Shown: positions 49,018 to 63,283, counted from the stretch's first letter. The stretch is 64,000 bases of DNA from Octopus sinensis (GCF_006345805.1 NC_043001.1:23436001-23500000); one strand, 5' to 3'. The notes: a model not told the origin generated them from the sequence alone. A program made the numbers and translations.

Positions 49018-50564
49018 GTGATGCATTTATTTTAACTTTGGCTTTTTACATATTCTGTTAAGATAAAAAAAATTTCTCAAGTACTTGGGGTTCAGTTGAA
49101 TGGTAATTAGGTTGCAGGGTATGTTGTGATGGATTGATGTTGTGGAGAAATTTTTCTGAATTAAATTTGAGCCTATGTTATTGTCCAGAATCTATTCATG
49201 CATATTGAACTTTGTAAACAGGTGTATTACAATGCACCTGTGTGCATTTAGGTGTGTCAGTTTCAGGTCATAAAACTGTTTTTTAGTGGTTCACAAAAAG
49301 AACGTAGGTAGGCAGAGGGTGTTTTTTGGTCAGCGGATATATGTCACTAGTGTGGCTGTGAAAACTGTGGTTCCTTCTAGAGACGTGCTTTAACAATTTC
49401 TAAAGGCTGCCTCACTTTCAGTTGACTCACAGCATGCTGGGCACAGACCTAGATTTCTAAGTCCATACATTACTGCAAGATGGTTACTAACTTGACCTTA
49501 TATTGGGTTCATCTATCCATTTGACAGGTATTGTTTTTGTCCTTTGGGGGTTCCAGAACTCTTCATGAAGCAGGTTTGGTGGGGGAACTGGTTTAGCCAC
49601 TAACAACCTGACCATGAGACAAGTTGTACTAGACTACATATTACCAGTAGTACTTGTAAGTGACTTAATTTGCTTAGTACTACAGAAGCTGGAATTAAGT
49701 ACCAGCCCAATGGACCTCTGAGATTTGTAAAATCAATAACTTATTTATCATTAAAAATAGTAGTTCATTTACTTAAAACTTAGCACATTATTACTATATA
49801 TTTTCTTGTTTGTGGAGAGATGAAAGGACAAGTTGTTCCCAACAGAATTTATGAACACCATACTAGATTCTATAAATAAAGACTGTAAATTTCACCTTTT
49901 TTTTTAATGAGTCTTTTCAGCATCTAAACACGTTTCCCTAATATTTATAAAATTTATTCTCAAGTGTGTTAGTTGCCTTTAAATTGATACCAATATTTAT
50001 TCTGTTTATGATTTACTACTTTGTAATAGGCACAGCCATACCATGTGGTCAAGAAGCTTGCTTCCCAACCATGTGGTCTTGAGTTCTGTACCACTGCACT
50101 GCACCTTGGACAATATCTTCCACTATAGCCTGGGGCTGACCAAAGTCCTGTGACTGGATTTGATTAAGGTAGACTAAAAAATAGTTTACCGTGTGTGTGT
50201 GTGCTTGTCTAGACATCATGTAATTATAAATGAACATCACTGTCATATAAGCAAAGTTGTTTGTTTCTAGTTTTCCATGAAAAGCTTTGGGGGAAATATT
50301 ACCTTTCTTTGAAACACATGGCTGTTTGCAGCAGTGAGGGCATCTGGTTGTAGAAAATCTGCTTCAACAAATTCCATCTGACCCATGCAAGTGTGGAAAA
50401 AGTGGACAATGAATTATGAAAATGATAAATATGTTAAAACTATTTCTTAAAAGAACTGATGTGAGCAGCTTTCCTTGCACTAGATTTGTAATTGTTTCTT
50501 TTTATTTTCTCTCTTACACAGTGTCTGACTTGAAGTGAAAAGAGGTCTGCTAAACTTTCCCATT

Positions 50565-50850
50565 ATGTCAAAACTGCATAACATATTTCTAGTTTTATGG
50601 AAGAACTGGATTGTAATCAAGCGAAAATATATATTATCCCTAGCGGAAATTCTTTTGCCATGTGTTTTCATGGCATTACTCATGGGAATTCGAAAAATTA
50701 TTGATTCAGAGAACTATGAGCAAATTACAACATGGAAGCCATGTGAGATACAAGAAGTGGTAAACAGGAGTGTTGTTTATGCGCCAAGTAATTCTTTTGA
50801 AAATGATATTATGGACTGGTTGCAAAGAACACAGAACATAAAAAGTAAAG
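50565..50850 (+). CDS. ABCA3: first coding exon of an ABC transporter subfamily A (ABCA3-like) gene; partial CDS, 95 codons plus 1 nt
   Basis: MSKLHNIFLVLWKNWIVIKRKYILSLAEILLPCVFMALLMGIR...VVYAPSN has the ABCA N-terminal signature (L.LWKN....KR.....E..LP..F..LL..IR, then YxP). The acceptor is TTTTATTTTCTCTCTTACACAG (exon from 50522) and the donor is AAG|GTAGGT at 50851. The exact ABCA paralogue cannot be settled from one exon. Confidence 0.85.
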
Positions 50851-52899
50851 GTAGGTCAAAATTTTAAATTAATCTATCATACTTTAACCTATCACTATTT
50901 TGAATTCATTTCCATGTCTATACTCTTTTACTCTTTTACTTGTTTCAGTCATTTGACTGCGGCCATGCTGGAGCACTGCCTTTAATTGAGCAACTCGACC
51001 CCGGGACTTATTCTTTGTAAGCCCAGTACTTATTCTATCGGTCTCTTTTGCCAAACCGCTAAGTGTTGGGGACATAAACACACCAGCATCGGTTGTCAAG
51101 CAATGCTAGGGGGACAAACACAGACACACAAACATACATGCACTCATATATATATATACATATACATATATACGACGGGCTTCTTTCAGTTTCCGTCTAC
51201 CAAATCCACTCAGAAGGCTTTGATCGGCCCGAGGCTATAGTAGAAGACACTTGCCCAAGGTACCACGCAGTGGGACTGAACCCGGAACCATGTGGTTGGT
51301 AAACAATCTACTTATCACTCAGCCACCCCTGCACTGTCTATCCTTATCTTTTGTCATAAATATTGGGAAATTACTGAATGAGTATGATTGCAAATAAAAG
51401 CTAGCAAGATGAGGTTCCTCTGAAGGACTTCTGGAGTTAATGTTACTTGACAGAGTGTTCAGCTTGGAGATCAAGGAGTCTCTCCAGGTCAAGCTACTAC
51501 TTCTACCAATTGAGTGATCACAGCTCTTACATTGCAGACAGGTGATTGGAATACAGCAGGAAAGAATGGTAAGACGGATTCTTTGAAACAACCCAGGGGT
51601 AGACAATGGATGAATAATATCCATAATCTCAGATGGTCATGATTGGGAATCTAGTAGGAAAGTGCATTGGTAGTTACTTTTGATTGCACCTATAATGGAT
51701 GGCAAGGTTTGCGATATCAGGAGAATATCACCTTCCTCCATTATCTCTTTTTGTTCTTCGGGTGGTTCAGGCTCCGGCAGGCAAAGAGTGAAGACTTCAA
51801 GTGCAAATGCAATTTACAACTGGTTTATTTACAGGTTTCACAAGACAGGTGAAGTGTGCTGCTCTCAGCAACCATTTTTAGCTGTGTGCATTGTGCAGTA
51901 GCTCCGTTAGTGCGGGCACATTGCCTCTGGAGGTACAACATACAGACAAGCCCAACCAGTGGAGTGCAATCAGCAAGCGCTGCTGCTAAGAGGCAGAAAA
52001 AAAAAGCTGAATCTGTTTCTGTCTTGCCCTTATATACAGTTTGCCGTCGCAAGCCTCTTTGTGATCTCGTGCATGGTAAATGGATGCAAGTGAGGTCTCA
52101 CTCCAGTCTCGGAGATTGCAATGGCTGCCGCAAGATCTCATCCAATATGGCACTGACTGCTTGTGCCGCTATACACCTTATGAAAGAGGTGCCTGAGGAC
52201 TCTACCTCTTTGACCCTCTCAGGAATACTAGGCAGAGAAGACGGAATTGTTCATTCTAGTGGACTATTTATGTTGTTTGAGGTAACCTCAAACCATCAGC
52301 ACTTTACATCTGTTTTCCAACCTGATATGGATTGTATGAATCGTCACAGTTTTTTCAGACTCGGAAGACCACATCTTTCCCATATGTTCTACCTTTAGCA
52401 TGGCTCACAATCATAAGGTTATGAGTTCAACTCCCGGTGACATTGTGTCCCTGAGCAAGACACTTTATCTCACATTGCTCCAGTCCACTCAGCTGGCAGA
52501 AATGAGCTGTACTTGTAATTCAAAGGGCCAATCTTATCCCATTCTGTGTAACACTGAATTTCCCTGAGAACTACATTAAGGGTACACATCTGTGGAGTGC
52601 TCAGCCACATCATCATCATCGTTTAACGTCCGTTCTCCATGCTAGCATGGGTTGGATGGTTCGACCGGGGATCTGGGAAGCCAGAAGGCTGCACCAGGCT
52701 CCAGTCTGATCTGGCAGTGTTTCTACAGCTGGATGCCCTTCCTAACGCCAACCACTCTGTCAGTGTAGTGAGTGCTTTTTACATGCCACTGGCACGGAAG
52801 CCAGTCTAGGCAGCGCTGACATTAATTTCACAAGCAGGCTGTTTCATTAATTGTATCAACTGGAACCCTTGTCATTGTAACCGATGGAGAGCCTGGCAT

Positions 52900-54050
52900 A
52901 TGTAAGCTATCCACATTATATCCTGGAAGGTACTTTTCGCTAAGTACAGTATAGTTAAGTTGTCTGGCTCATGTTCCAAAGAGGTTTTTGTTAAATATTG
53001 TTGAAGCCTTTCTGAAGTCAATAAATTTGTTCATAATAGTTGCTGGGGTGTGTTGATAAAGACAGAAATATCTAGGAAGTTGATGGCGATTGTAGAGATG
53101 GTGGAGAGGATTTCCAATGTGAAGTAAAAAGTATTCAGAAAGATATGTAATTGGTGAGTAGGTACTTACTAGGATGAGTAAGGTGGCATTAATGCAGTCA
53201 TCAGTGTAATTACTCTATCACTCAGTGGACAGTTTCAAGCATCCAGGAAAGAAGGAAAAATATTTGAAGAGTTACAGAAGATGGTTGATGTCTTTAATGT
53301 AAGAATGGAGAGCAGCAACGAAAGGGAACACAAGCTGACTGAAATAGATCTGAGATTAGTTCAGTGGGACTGCTACAAGTGGTAACCACAAGAGTGTCCA
53401 ATATTGTTGGGCTTGCAATTTTTTGAAGGAACTGCAAAAGGGAATTTGGGATATTTTGAGGATGAGGCCTTTAGTTGTGGGCATAAGTAGAAAGGAGGAG
53501 ATGAACTAGTATGTAGTGGTGGGGACAAAGTTTTGATGTGGAAATGAATTTAACATACTTCTTTCCCATTGAAATTTATGTGCTAAACCATTAATGGTCT
53601 GTCTTTGTTTGTTAGTTTGTAAGTTGAGAATCACAAGAGACTGACCAGCAAATTGGTGGAGTTTCTGTACTTTGGTATTGGTATGAAAATCTAAGAACTA
53701 TTAGTTAAGATGATTGATATTCAAAACTATATTATAGGGGAATTCAAGCTTGCAGAGAGAGGAAACAAGATGGTGAGAATGTCTGATGTTGTTGCTTAGA
53801 GCATATGAACAGAAGAGTGGAGCGGGTGAGCAGATGAAGGGGTGGAAGTGGAGCAGTGACAGATAAAATGACTGAGGAGGTGTACATGACTGCAAAGTGA
53901 TGGTGGAAAGGTGATGATGAAGATGGAAAGGTATAGGGTTGATTAGCAACAAACATTTAAAAGGAGGATGTTGGTATCTTTAGAGTTTGTGGTTATAAGT
54001 CCCGGGTAAATAGTTTTAGGTTGGACATAATGAGTGTTGACAAAAATTTG
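52900..54050 (-). mobile_element. highly degraded LINE endonuclease-region remnant (possibly continuing at 51330-52400)
   Basis: Weak AP-endonuclease-like spacing on the minus strand (IVLNINHLN**FLDFHTNT resembling GDFN.H..W); many stops. Confidence 0.35.
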
Positions 54051-54169
54051 AATAAAAATTAAATAAGAAAAAATTCAGCTGTGGTTATATAGAAATATTC
54101 TGTTTAATAGGAAGTTTCTCCCTGCTTTTGTATCAGGGTGTGGTCACTTTCAATACAGATGGATTGGTC

Positions 54170-54440
54170 TGAAGATCAATATTTAAATATTGTCTTTTCT
54201 GTCTCTATCTGCTCAGTCGAAGTCGACTCTCGCTCAGTCGTTGGATCAGTGTCCTCCAGTCAGTTCTATCCTGGACCACTTCTTTCAGATTGGCTATGTC
54301 CATTCTGGTATCACTCTTGATGGTGTCAAGCCAGCAGGTTCTTGGTTGGCCTCTTCCTCTCTTGCCACTGACCATTCTGAACATGATGTCCTTCTCCATT
54401 GTCTTAGTTGTTGTATAATTCTTGGTCAATCCTGGTCAAA
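54170..54440 (-). mobile_element. RTE LINE C-terminal fragment
   Basis: EKDIMFRMVSGKRGRGQPRTCWLDTIKSDT...QDRTDWRTLI. Confidence 0.8.
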
Positions 54441-55964
54441 CAGATCTATGAACAGCAGTATTTCAGCCATGGCCATTTTGCCTTAAGGATGTAATTTGAA
54501 CACCTGGCAGCTGTTATTTCATTGATTTTAATCACAAGTGGAAGGATGGTTGTGTGGCTAAAAAGATCACTTTACACTCATGTAGTTTAGTGCTACACTG
54601 CTGCCTCTTACGGAAGTGTCTTCCAGGGTCTTCTACCATAACCTTGAGTCAACCCAAGCTTCGCAAATGAAATTAAATTGGTGGAAACTTCATGGAGGTC
54701 TGTTAGAAAAAGTGTACCTCTTCTTGATTTAAAGCCATTACCTGGTCCTTGAATCCTTTATCATCTCTGTTGCAGATATTCAAGTTTGATTTCCAGTCTG
54801 AGGATAACTTTCTTATTTTCTCGCACTAGTTTCAGAGGCTACTACCTTCCTCATCTGTCTAAGCCATTAAAAATATAATAAATTTATGATTGTATGTTTG
54901 GTAATAAAACAAGGAAAAAAATAATTTTTAAAAAATCTTTTTTTGAGATAATTAACTACTTAGCTCCAGTTTCTAATCACAGTATATCTCAGTATGTAAC
55001 GAAGATTTTATTTACTTGCAGATGTTGGAAACAGTAAAATATTAATAGATTATAGAATATGTGTTAAAACAATGTATAGTGTTAAAATAATAATAAAGAA
55101 ACTAGATGTAGATTCTGGGTTTGAATTATCCTGGGTATTGATTTGGTATGCCAAAGAAACTAATAATAATTAGTATGGTGGCTGATTGAATTGCTGGAAT
55201 CATACTGTGATTATAGATTTTCTAAATAATCCTACAATTGAATTAGCATATCTTATAAAACAGTAGGTTATTAAGAACCACTGAAGATTTATCCTTATCT
55301 CAAGTTTACATAAAGATGATCATCTTTTGTCATCTAATGATACTTTCATTGATTAAGAAGTGCTCCACCACTTTCTGTAGTGAATATATGGAATATATTT
55401 ACAATTATGTGAATTTGGCCATAAAATGTTAAGAGGCTTTAGAACATATAGCTTAGTATATAATGAAGAAAACTGAGCAATTGAACTGTCACATAGTTGT
55501 AACTTACTTTACCTATGTAAGCAGATATTACCTATGCAAACAGAGGAAGAAAATCTGTTATAACATGAAAATACTTGTTTTTAGATTGCCCTAATTATAC
55601 TAGTAAACTTTTGCTAAAAAAAGTGTTTGTTGAAAATGCTTGGAGAACAGATCTCTTGCTTAACACAAACCTGAGAATTAATTATTTACCAAACAAATCA
55701 CGTGATATCAATTCAGATAATATGCACCATTAACTTGTCCCTAGCAACATATATAATCAAAACATAATGTTATCTTAAAAGAGGATTAGCATTTATTGCA
55801 CAGTGGTGGAGGAACTCAGGTGAAAACATTCAATCACGTGTCTGATTCCCATGACAGTCATGAAATGATTTCACTGTTAACTCTTCCTTTCAGATGGAGA
55901 AAACAGATATCAAATAACAATTGCCTTTAGAAATTTCCTTCTTCCTCTTAGATACTACCATTAA

Positions 55965-56140
55965 TGTTGCTGTAATGAAAATTAGGTGTGGAGAGATTGT
56001 AGAGATGCTGGACTGGAAGCAAGTAGATGTGTGTTGTGTACAGAGGGTAAGATGGATTGGAGCTTCAGACAGATTCCTCACAAGTAAAGAGCATAGGTAC
56101 AAATTCTTCTGAGTGGGTAACAGTATTGGGGTGTCCAGAT
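55965..56140 (+). mobile_element. RTE endonuclease N-terminal fragment
   Basis: TINVAVMKIRCGEIVEML..KQVDVCCVQRVRW resembles the T.NV..M.GR..E..D.L....VD.CC.QE.RW motif. Confidence 0.65.
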
Positions 56141-56508
56141 TCAAATGAAGGAAGTGCAATAATAATGTTTAGTAGTTCAAAACTGATTAGTGAAATGCAG
56201 AGTTAGGTTGGCTGATTGCGAGAGTTAAATATTGATCCCTTTGCTAAAAACTGCAGGTGGTATGGATTATTTCCCTTGGATTGTTTAAATAAAATATTAA
56301 CAGTATTTCTGTAGTGAGTATATAATATGTGGAAATTGATGATTTAAAAGTCTATTATCAGCATATTGGCATGGAAATAATTTTCTTTTGCCCTTGTTTA
56401 TAAGTTGTTTATAATTTTAACCTTTAAAGGTATTTTAATATGCTGTCACTTCTTGAAATTTTTTCTGTAAAAACTTTCATCCTATATTAGTAGCATAAAT
56501 ATATGTAC

Positions 56509-56594
<86 letters not shown>

Positions 56595-56673
56595 CACATA
56601 TATATATATATATTATATATATATATATACACACACATATATATATATACACATACACACACATATATATATG

Positions 56674-56705
<32 letters not shown>

Positions 56706-57491
56706 AATACATACATACATATATATATAATATAAAATCCGTTGTCTCTCTGTGTGTTGTCTTCTAGGATCTCGGGCATCCTCCATCCGATTGCGTTCAG
56801 ATTTGATATCTAGATACTGACGATATCAGGGCATGTATAAGTCTTGAAAAAATTACAAAAATCGATTCCAGGTGAGAATGTGATCGATAAAGGCGTGGGA
56901 AAGTCCATTTGTATGCGCAAGTAGATCAGCTGTTGCGATCGATACTACGCGTATGCAAGAAAAATGCATGTGCAGTTTGCGCAAAAAAACATCATGCTTT
57001 TCCATCTAGATTTACCTCCAGCTAACCCATTTGCATGCATCATTTTGGTCCTGCTTTTCTTCCGTCAACCTGTACATAACTGCCCCTTCCATTTTTTGTT
57101 GTTTTTGTACTGCTTAAAGGCACGTTTCTTTCATGCCAAGCTTACTGTTTAAACCATGTTTGTGTTCTCCCAGTCAACAGCCTTATCGTTACTGGTACTT
57201 TAAACTCTTCGGTTACATATTTGTGTGAATAAAATCGTTTTTCTTTGGAATAGAAAAAAATGTCTATCTTTATTTCTTCTTTTGCTGGTGTCTCAAATTT
57301 AGGTTAAATCAATGTTTCTCAAAGGGGAAGCCTATGGGACGGTCGGACAAGTTGTTTTGAGAAAATTTGGTTTAAATGTTTGACAACTCAGCACCGGCCA
57401 TTGGACGGGAGGCATTTTGCTTGTATATATATATATACACACACACACACATGTATATATATATATATGTGTATATATATATATATATATG

Positions 57492-57790
57492 TGGAGGCAC
57501 AATGGCCTAGTGGTTAGGGCAGTGGACTCGCGGTCGTAGGATCGCGGTTTCGATTCCCAGACCGGGCATTGTGAGTGTTATTGAGCGAAAACATCTAAAG
57601 CTCCACGAGGCTCCGGCAGGGGGTGGTGGTGATCTCTGCTGTACTCTTTCACCACAACTTTCTCTTACTCTTTCTTCTGTTGGCCTGCTCGCTTAGCCAG
57701 CGGGGTAGCGTCATTTAAGGCTAAAACAATGTGAAGCACATTGTGACCAGCGATGTGTAGCAACATCTGATGGTCGGGTCAGTCACGTGA
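57492..57790 (+). mobile_element. full-length tRNA-derived SINE
   Basis: Head GGAGGCACAATGGCCTAGTGGTTAGGGCAG (A box) and GGTTTCGATTCC (B box), followed by a non-tRNA body. Confidence 0.85.
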
Positions 57791-58276
57791 TCATGATATA
57801 TATATATATATATATATATATGTTCAATTTTGGGGGATTAATCGATATGCGGGTATTCTATTTCAGATAATACAAAAATAACCTAATGAGTATATCTGAC
57901 AATAAGCTCACGGTATCAGTTTGCACATCACGAAATAATACTTAAAGGAGAAATGGAAAGACAAAAGATGTCAACAAGAAACTACGACATTACAACTAAC
58001 CAGGCATAAGTCTTTGCTACATTTGCAGCGCCTGCCAGAGGGAGTGTTTGTCCAGGATAGACCTACACAGCCATAGCAGATGTATTAGGACATGAAATGT
58101 AAAAGCCGGATTAGAGATTATTTTATGCGCAACTCCATTGTCTTCCGAGACAAAAAGGATGCCAACAACAACAATATATATATATAAACATGTTTGTATA
58201 TATATATATTTATTTATAAATATGTATGTATGCATGTATGTATGTATATATATATATATACATATAAACATGTTTG

Positions 58277-58309
<33 letters not shown>

Positions 58310-58493
58310 AATATGTATGTATATATATATATATAAATATAAATATGTATGTATATACAGGTGGTGCTATTAAGTTAGACATGGCCTGGGCCAATAATGG
58401 CCGAAACCTATCAAAGTATCAAAGTATATATATATATATAAATATAAATATGTATGTATGTATATATATATATAATATATATATATATGTATA

Positions 58494-58547
<54 letters not shown>

Positions 58548-58593
58548 TATATATATATTATATTATATTATATTATATATATATATATGTATA

Positions 58594-58648
<55 letters not shown>

Positions 58649-59211
58649 ATATATATATAAATATGTATGTATATATATCATCATCATCATCATTTAACGT
58701 CTGCTTTCCATGGTAGCGTGGGCTGGACGGTTTGACTGAGGGCTGGCAAACTAGATGGCTGCACCAGGCTCCAGTCTTGATCTGGCAGAGTTTCTACAGG
58801 TGGATGCCCTTCCTAACGCCAACCACCCCAAGAGTGTAGTGGGTGCTTTTACATGCCACCGGCACGGGGGCCAGTTAGGCGGTACTGGCAATGACCTCGC
58901 TCGAATCTTTTTACACATGCCAACGGCACAGGTGCCATATATATAAATATGTATGTAAATATGTATGTAAATATGTGTGTGTGTATATATATATATAATA
59001 ACAAAGGGTGAAATTAATTAATTAAGAAGTAATCAGTAATTTCACCAAGTAGAATTCGGCATGAAAAGGACCATTTCATGGTAAGCTTAAGTAATACTTT
59101 ATAATTAGGGTTCAGCAACGATTTGCTTCACCACATACTGAAGTTTAGAAATAGGAGTCAAAAAATCTTAGCTATTCCTTCTACTTTAAAGGGGGTTCCC
59201 AGAAAAATAAA

Positions 59212-59247
<36 letters not shown>

Positions 59248-59780
59248 AAATATTAGGGAATAAATCCAAACTTACAGGGAAAAATCAGATTTAGGATTAA
59301 ATCCAATTTTATAGTATAAATATATTATATTATATTAAATTAGAGATAAAACCACTATTAGGCAAATCAAACAATGAAAAACATAAGCCAATACATAAAA
59401 TTAAATAATTTATATTATTTTAAATATATATCAAAAGTATTAAAAGTTTAATAAAAGATAAAGGTATATATGTATATATAATATGAATATAAATATGCAT
59501 GTAAATATGTTTATATATATATATAAATACGTATGTATATATATACACACACACATATATATATGCATATATAAATATGTATATGAATATGTGTATATCC
59601 TACCACAATAGGACAAAACTATGTAAATTGTATAGCAGAAAGATATATCATCGTAATGAACTCACACATACCAGGAGGCCACCTGAACTCCAGGATGGAA
59701 GTGCTAGAGCATCTCACATTTATACAGCATCATCATCATCATCATCATCGTCGTCATTTAACGTCTACCTTCCATGCTAG

Positions 59781-60712
59781 TGTAGCAATATCGTTTTCCT
59801 CATTGCTATCTTCAGTTTGAGAAGAGTATTAAGAATATTCTCGTTCGAGATTACAAACATCTTCGGCTAGTTTAACGTTTGTTGTAAACACTAATTCGAT
59901 TGGTTGACACGTGACGCGATTTGTCTCTACCTATTTTCGCGCCACTGATTGACATGTGACATGAGTGGTCCCTGCTACGTTCACACCGCTGGTTGTCATG
60001 TGACGCGATTTGCTTTTCGTCTTAGGTTTATAGTTCTTTTCAGAGCTAAACCTCTGACCACAGAGTTCGTCTTAGGTTTTTAGTTCTTTTCAGAGCTAAA
60101 GCTCTGACCACAGAGCTCATCTTAGGTTACATTCCTTTTCAGGGCGGACCTCTGACCACACAGAGCATACCAACTATGTTCCGGTTCGAAAGGCAGGTGA
60201 TCACTATCCACAAAGATGTTACAGATTCCTCTCATACTGTTAGTGTGAAAATATCACCACGAAAAGAACGGTTACAGGATATCTATAACTAGAGAAAAAT
60301 AACCAAGCAGAATATATAATGAAGACGCAGCAAAAACCGAGCGACAGACACAACTCATCGCCAAACATCGTCTCTATCTACGAAGATTTAATTTGTACAC
60401 AAGACAACTACAGATTCAACTCTAGCGGTTAGGTGAAAATCTCACCACGGGAAATACGGCTACAGTTAATATATCTGGAAGTATATTCATATCAAGAGAA
60501 AGATAAAACACAACAAGTGATTCAATTAATCTCAACTACGAGACGCAACATCTTGATATGGAACTCTTACACTCCGTGTACCTTATAAACGGTAAATCAA
60601 TTATCTGTCTTGAGTTCTAGTTCTTCTAAGAACTACCTTAAGCCATCTGCTACTATCTGTTGCTATGTCAATACAAACAACACAAGAAGCCTACTATATT
60701 CGCCGCCTCCAC
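59781..60712. mobile_element. LTR-like segment interrupting an RTE-UTR copy
   Basis: TGTAGC...GCAACA termini (59781/60550), three ~50-bp internal repeats (about 60018-60170), and CGCCGCCTCCACCA at about 60700 (reverse complement TGGTGGAG..., PBS-like). The layout is not canonical. Confidence 0.4.
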
Positions 60713-62623
60713 CATCAGGTACTTTTCTATGTCAATCACATTCACCTGATTTGCTCTGTCGCGCTCACAGACACAAGAACATGCTAACACTTACAAACTT
60801 CCAACATCAGCATGATTGTAAAATATGTGAAATAAATAATGTATATATCTCAAAAAGAAATCTTGTTGTCATTCCACTTGTGTTCTATTGCCGTGGGGAC
60901 AGGATTAGGGAGTGAGAGTTTCTACCCTCACACCCTGTCTCACTGTATTATTGCTATCTGTTAGCCCTCAACTTGTGTGTTCCACCCACACATAGCAAGA
61001 AAACATTTCACTCACCCTACCCCTACAAACCAATCTACATCTCCACATCTCTTCTCTTCCTCACATTTCCTCCTTCATACACTACACAACACTTTTCATT
61101 TATTATTAAGTGTATAATCCTCAGTTTTTTGTTGCAATATTCTTGTTGTTCCAGGTCTTATTCATCTTTACTAATTGTACCATTGTCTTTGCAATTCATC
61201 TCTTTATCATGGTTTCACCTGTTACATTCTTGCTTCAGAGAGCCCATATAATCGAGCATGTCCACTTATCTAGCAGGATGTCATAGATTTGGACTGTATC
61301 TATCACTGATGTCATTATTTGTCTTGCATCAAGTTCCCTCATTATTATGACCCATCATTTTATTTTCTTTGTTTTTTCACTTATTTTAATAATGTATCTG
61401 TAGTATCCAGTCATGTCATAACAAGTATTTTTTCCCAGTTTGTATTTTGGGACTTGGAAGATAGTTGTTTAATCACTTAAAAAAATATTGCATTTATTGT
61501 TTTTATTTTTTTAATTAAATTTGATCCAAGATAACATGACTAATTAGTAGGCTTAACTCTCTTATCTCTTATAATAATGTTTTGCTTATGAGTAATTAAT
61601 GAGAATTTAAGATCTCATATTAAGGAAGACAGATCTTCGATGAAACAGATTTATGAAATGAACAAAGCAAAAAAACAGAATCTAATTTTGTACTTAATCT
61701 CCAAAAGGAGTCTCTTTAAAGATTCATTGTCAGGAATGAGCAAATGAAATAGAGGATTAACAGTTTTAATTATCTTTCTAATGTTACCTGGAATATTTTA
61801 ATTAGAAATTTCCATCTCTTGTATTGAAGAAAACTGTAGCCAAATGATTTTTACCCTTGTTTTTACATATAGTTTCATAATAAATGTTTATTTTTTTCAT
61901 CTTACTCTTCATACCACATGTCTTTTACATTAATTAGCATTGGGAAGAGTTAAACACAATGTATAGACTTTTTTTTTAGAGTACATCTTTCACTCATTCA
62001 ATCTTCTTATTAAAAATTAATTCACTAGAGAAGGAATATTGTTGCTAGAGAATGAATACTGTGATTTATCTTGATAAAACTAGCATATTCTTGTTTGAAA
62101 ATAATAAAATCGAAGCTGTAAGTGTGTATGTTATAAATATATGAATTACAGTGAAGTCTGGTATATTATGTCTTCTGTTAAATGAATACCAGATGGATAA
62201 TAATAAATGAATTCAGAGACATGTTACAATAGACTGCAAAGGAATATTTATTACTATTGCTGAAATTTGTTTGATACAACAAACTGGCTGGACATTATAT
62301 TTGTCTAAACGTTATATAGATTTAAATGCTCATAAAAATGAATATATAAAGGTGAGAGAAAAACCTGAAATTCAGCATTCTATTGCTAAGCATAATGTCA
62401 AGGTTTCTGGTTTGAAATATCTTCAAACTAAAAACTGCAAAATGAAATCAAGATTGTTTTCACATCAAGGTTTCAGGTCACTCATAGCAAAGCTCTCCTC
62501 CCTAGGGACTTAGCGGGCCAAAACTTCCCTTTTATAACTGATGAAAAGATGCTAGGCTAGCCCATCACATTAAAGGTGTGGGTGGTCCAAGTAAAACTAA
62601 ATGGATCCAACCATCACATGGTG

Positions 62624-63283
62624 AACCAAAATAGGTGGTTAAAAGTAAAAAGCTGCAATGTGGGCAGCTAAAGTTCAAGAGCGCTCATGCTGCTGCTACA
62701 AATCTTTTATTAGTAACTGGTCAGGGATGAATTATTCTCTGACACTGATAAAGAAGCTAAGCGTTTAGGATACAGTTGTAGAAATGTAAACCAAAATAGG
62801 TGGTTAAAAGTAAAAAGCTACAATGTGGGCAGCTAAAGTTCAAGAGCACTCATGCTGCTGCTCCAAATCTTTTATTAGTAAGTGGTCAGGGATGAATTAT
62901 TCTCTGACACTGATAAAGAAGCTAAGCGTTTAGGATACAGTTGTAGAAATGTAAACCAAAATAGGTGGTTAAAAGTAAAAAGCTACAATGTGGGCAGCTA
63001 AAGTTCAAGAGCGCTCATGCTGCTGCTCCAAATCTTTTATTAGTAAGTGGTCAGGGATGAATTATTCTCTGACACTGATAAAGAAGCTAAGCGTTTAGGA
63101 TACAGTTGTAGAAATGTAAACCAAAATAGGTGGTTAAAAGTAAAAAGCTACAATGTGGGCAGCTAAAGTTCAAGAGCGCTCATGCTGCTGCTCCAAATCT
63201 TTTATTAGTAAGTGGTCAGGGATGAATTATTCTCTGACACTGATAAAGAAGCTAAGTGTTTAGGATACAGTTGTAGAAATGTT
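62624..63283. repeat. tandem repeat, 4 x 165 bp
   Basis: AACCAAAATAGGTGG starts at 62624, 62789, 62954 and 63119. The units are nearly identical, with stops in all three + frames. Confidence 0.95.

Noticed and set aside
54773-54830. TTGCAG|ATATTCAAG... reading FDFQSEDNF, similar to the ABCA GF.SE motif
   Set aside because: It is in the wrong phase for the phase-1 donor (TGA follows quickly), and the matching frame also stops after 17 codons.
55893-55965. CCTTTCAG|ATGGAG... as a phase-1 exon
   Set aside because: It reaches TAA after about 23 codons with no donor site and no ABCA similarity.
56768-56871. Exon-like segment (TTCTAG acceptor, CAG|GTGAG donor) as ABCA exon 2
   Set aside because: It has stops in all three frames and no ABCA similarity. 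The surrounding CpG-rich, Cys-containing stretch remains unclassified.
57492-57570. tRNA gene
   Set aside because: A and B boxes are present, but there is no complete cloverleaf or terminator and it continues into a SINE body found in several copies.
59781-59820. CTGAAGA...GAAA on the minus strand
   Set aside because: There is no pairing in helix II or helix III.
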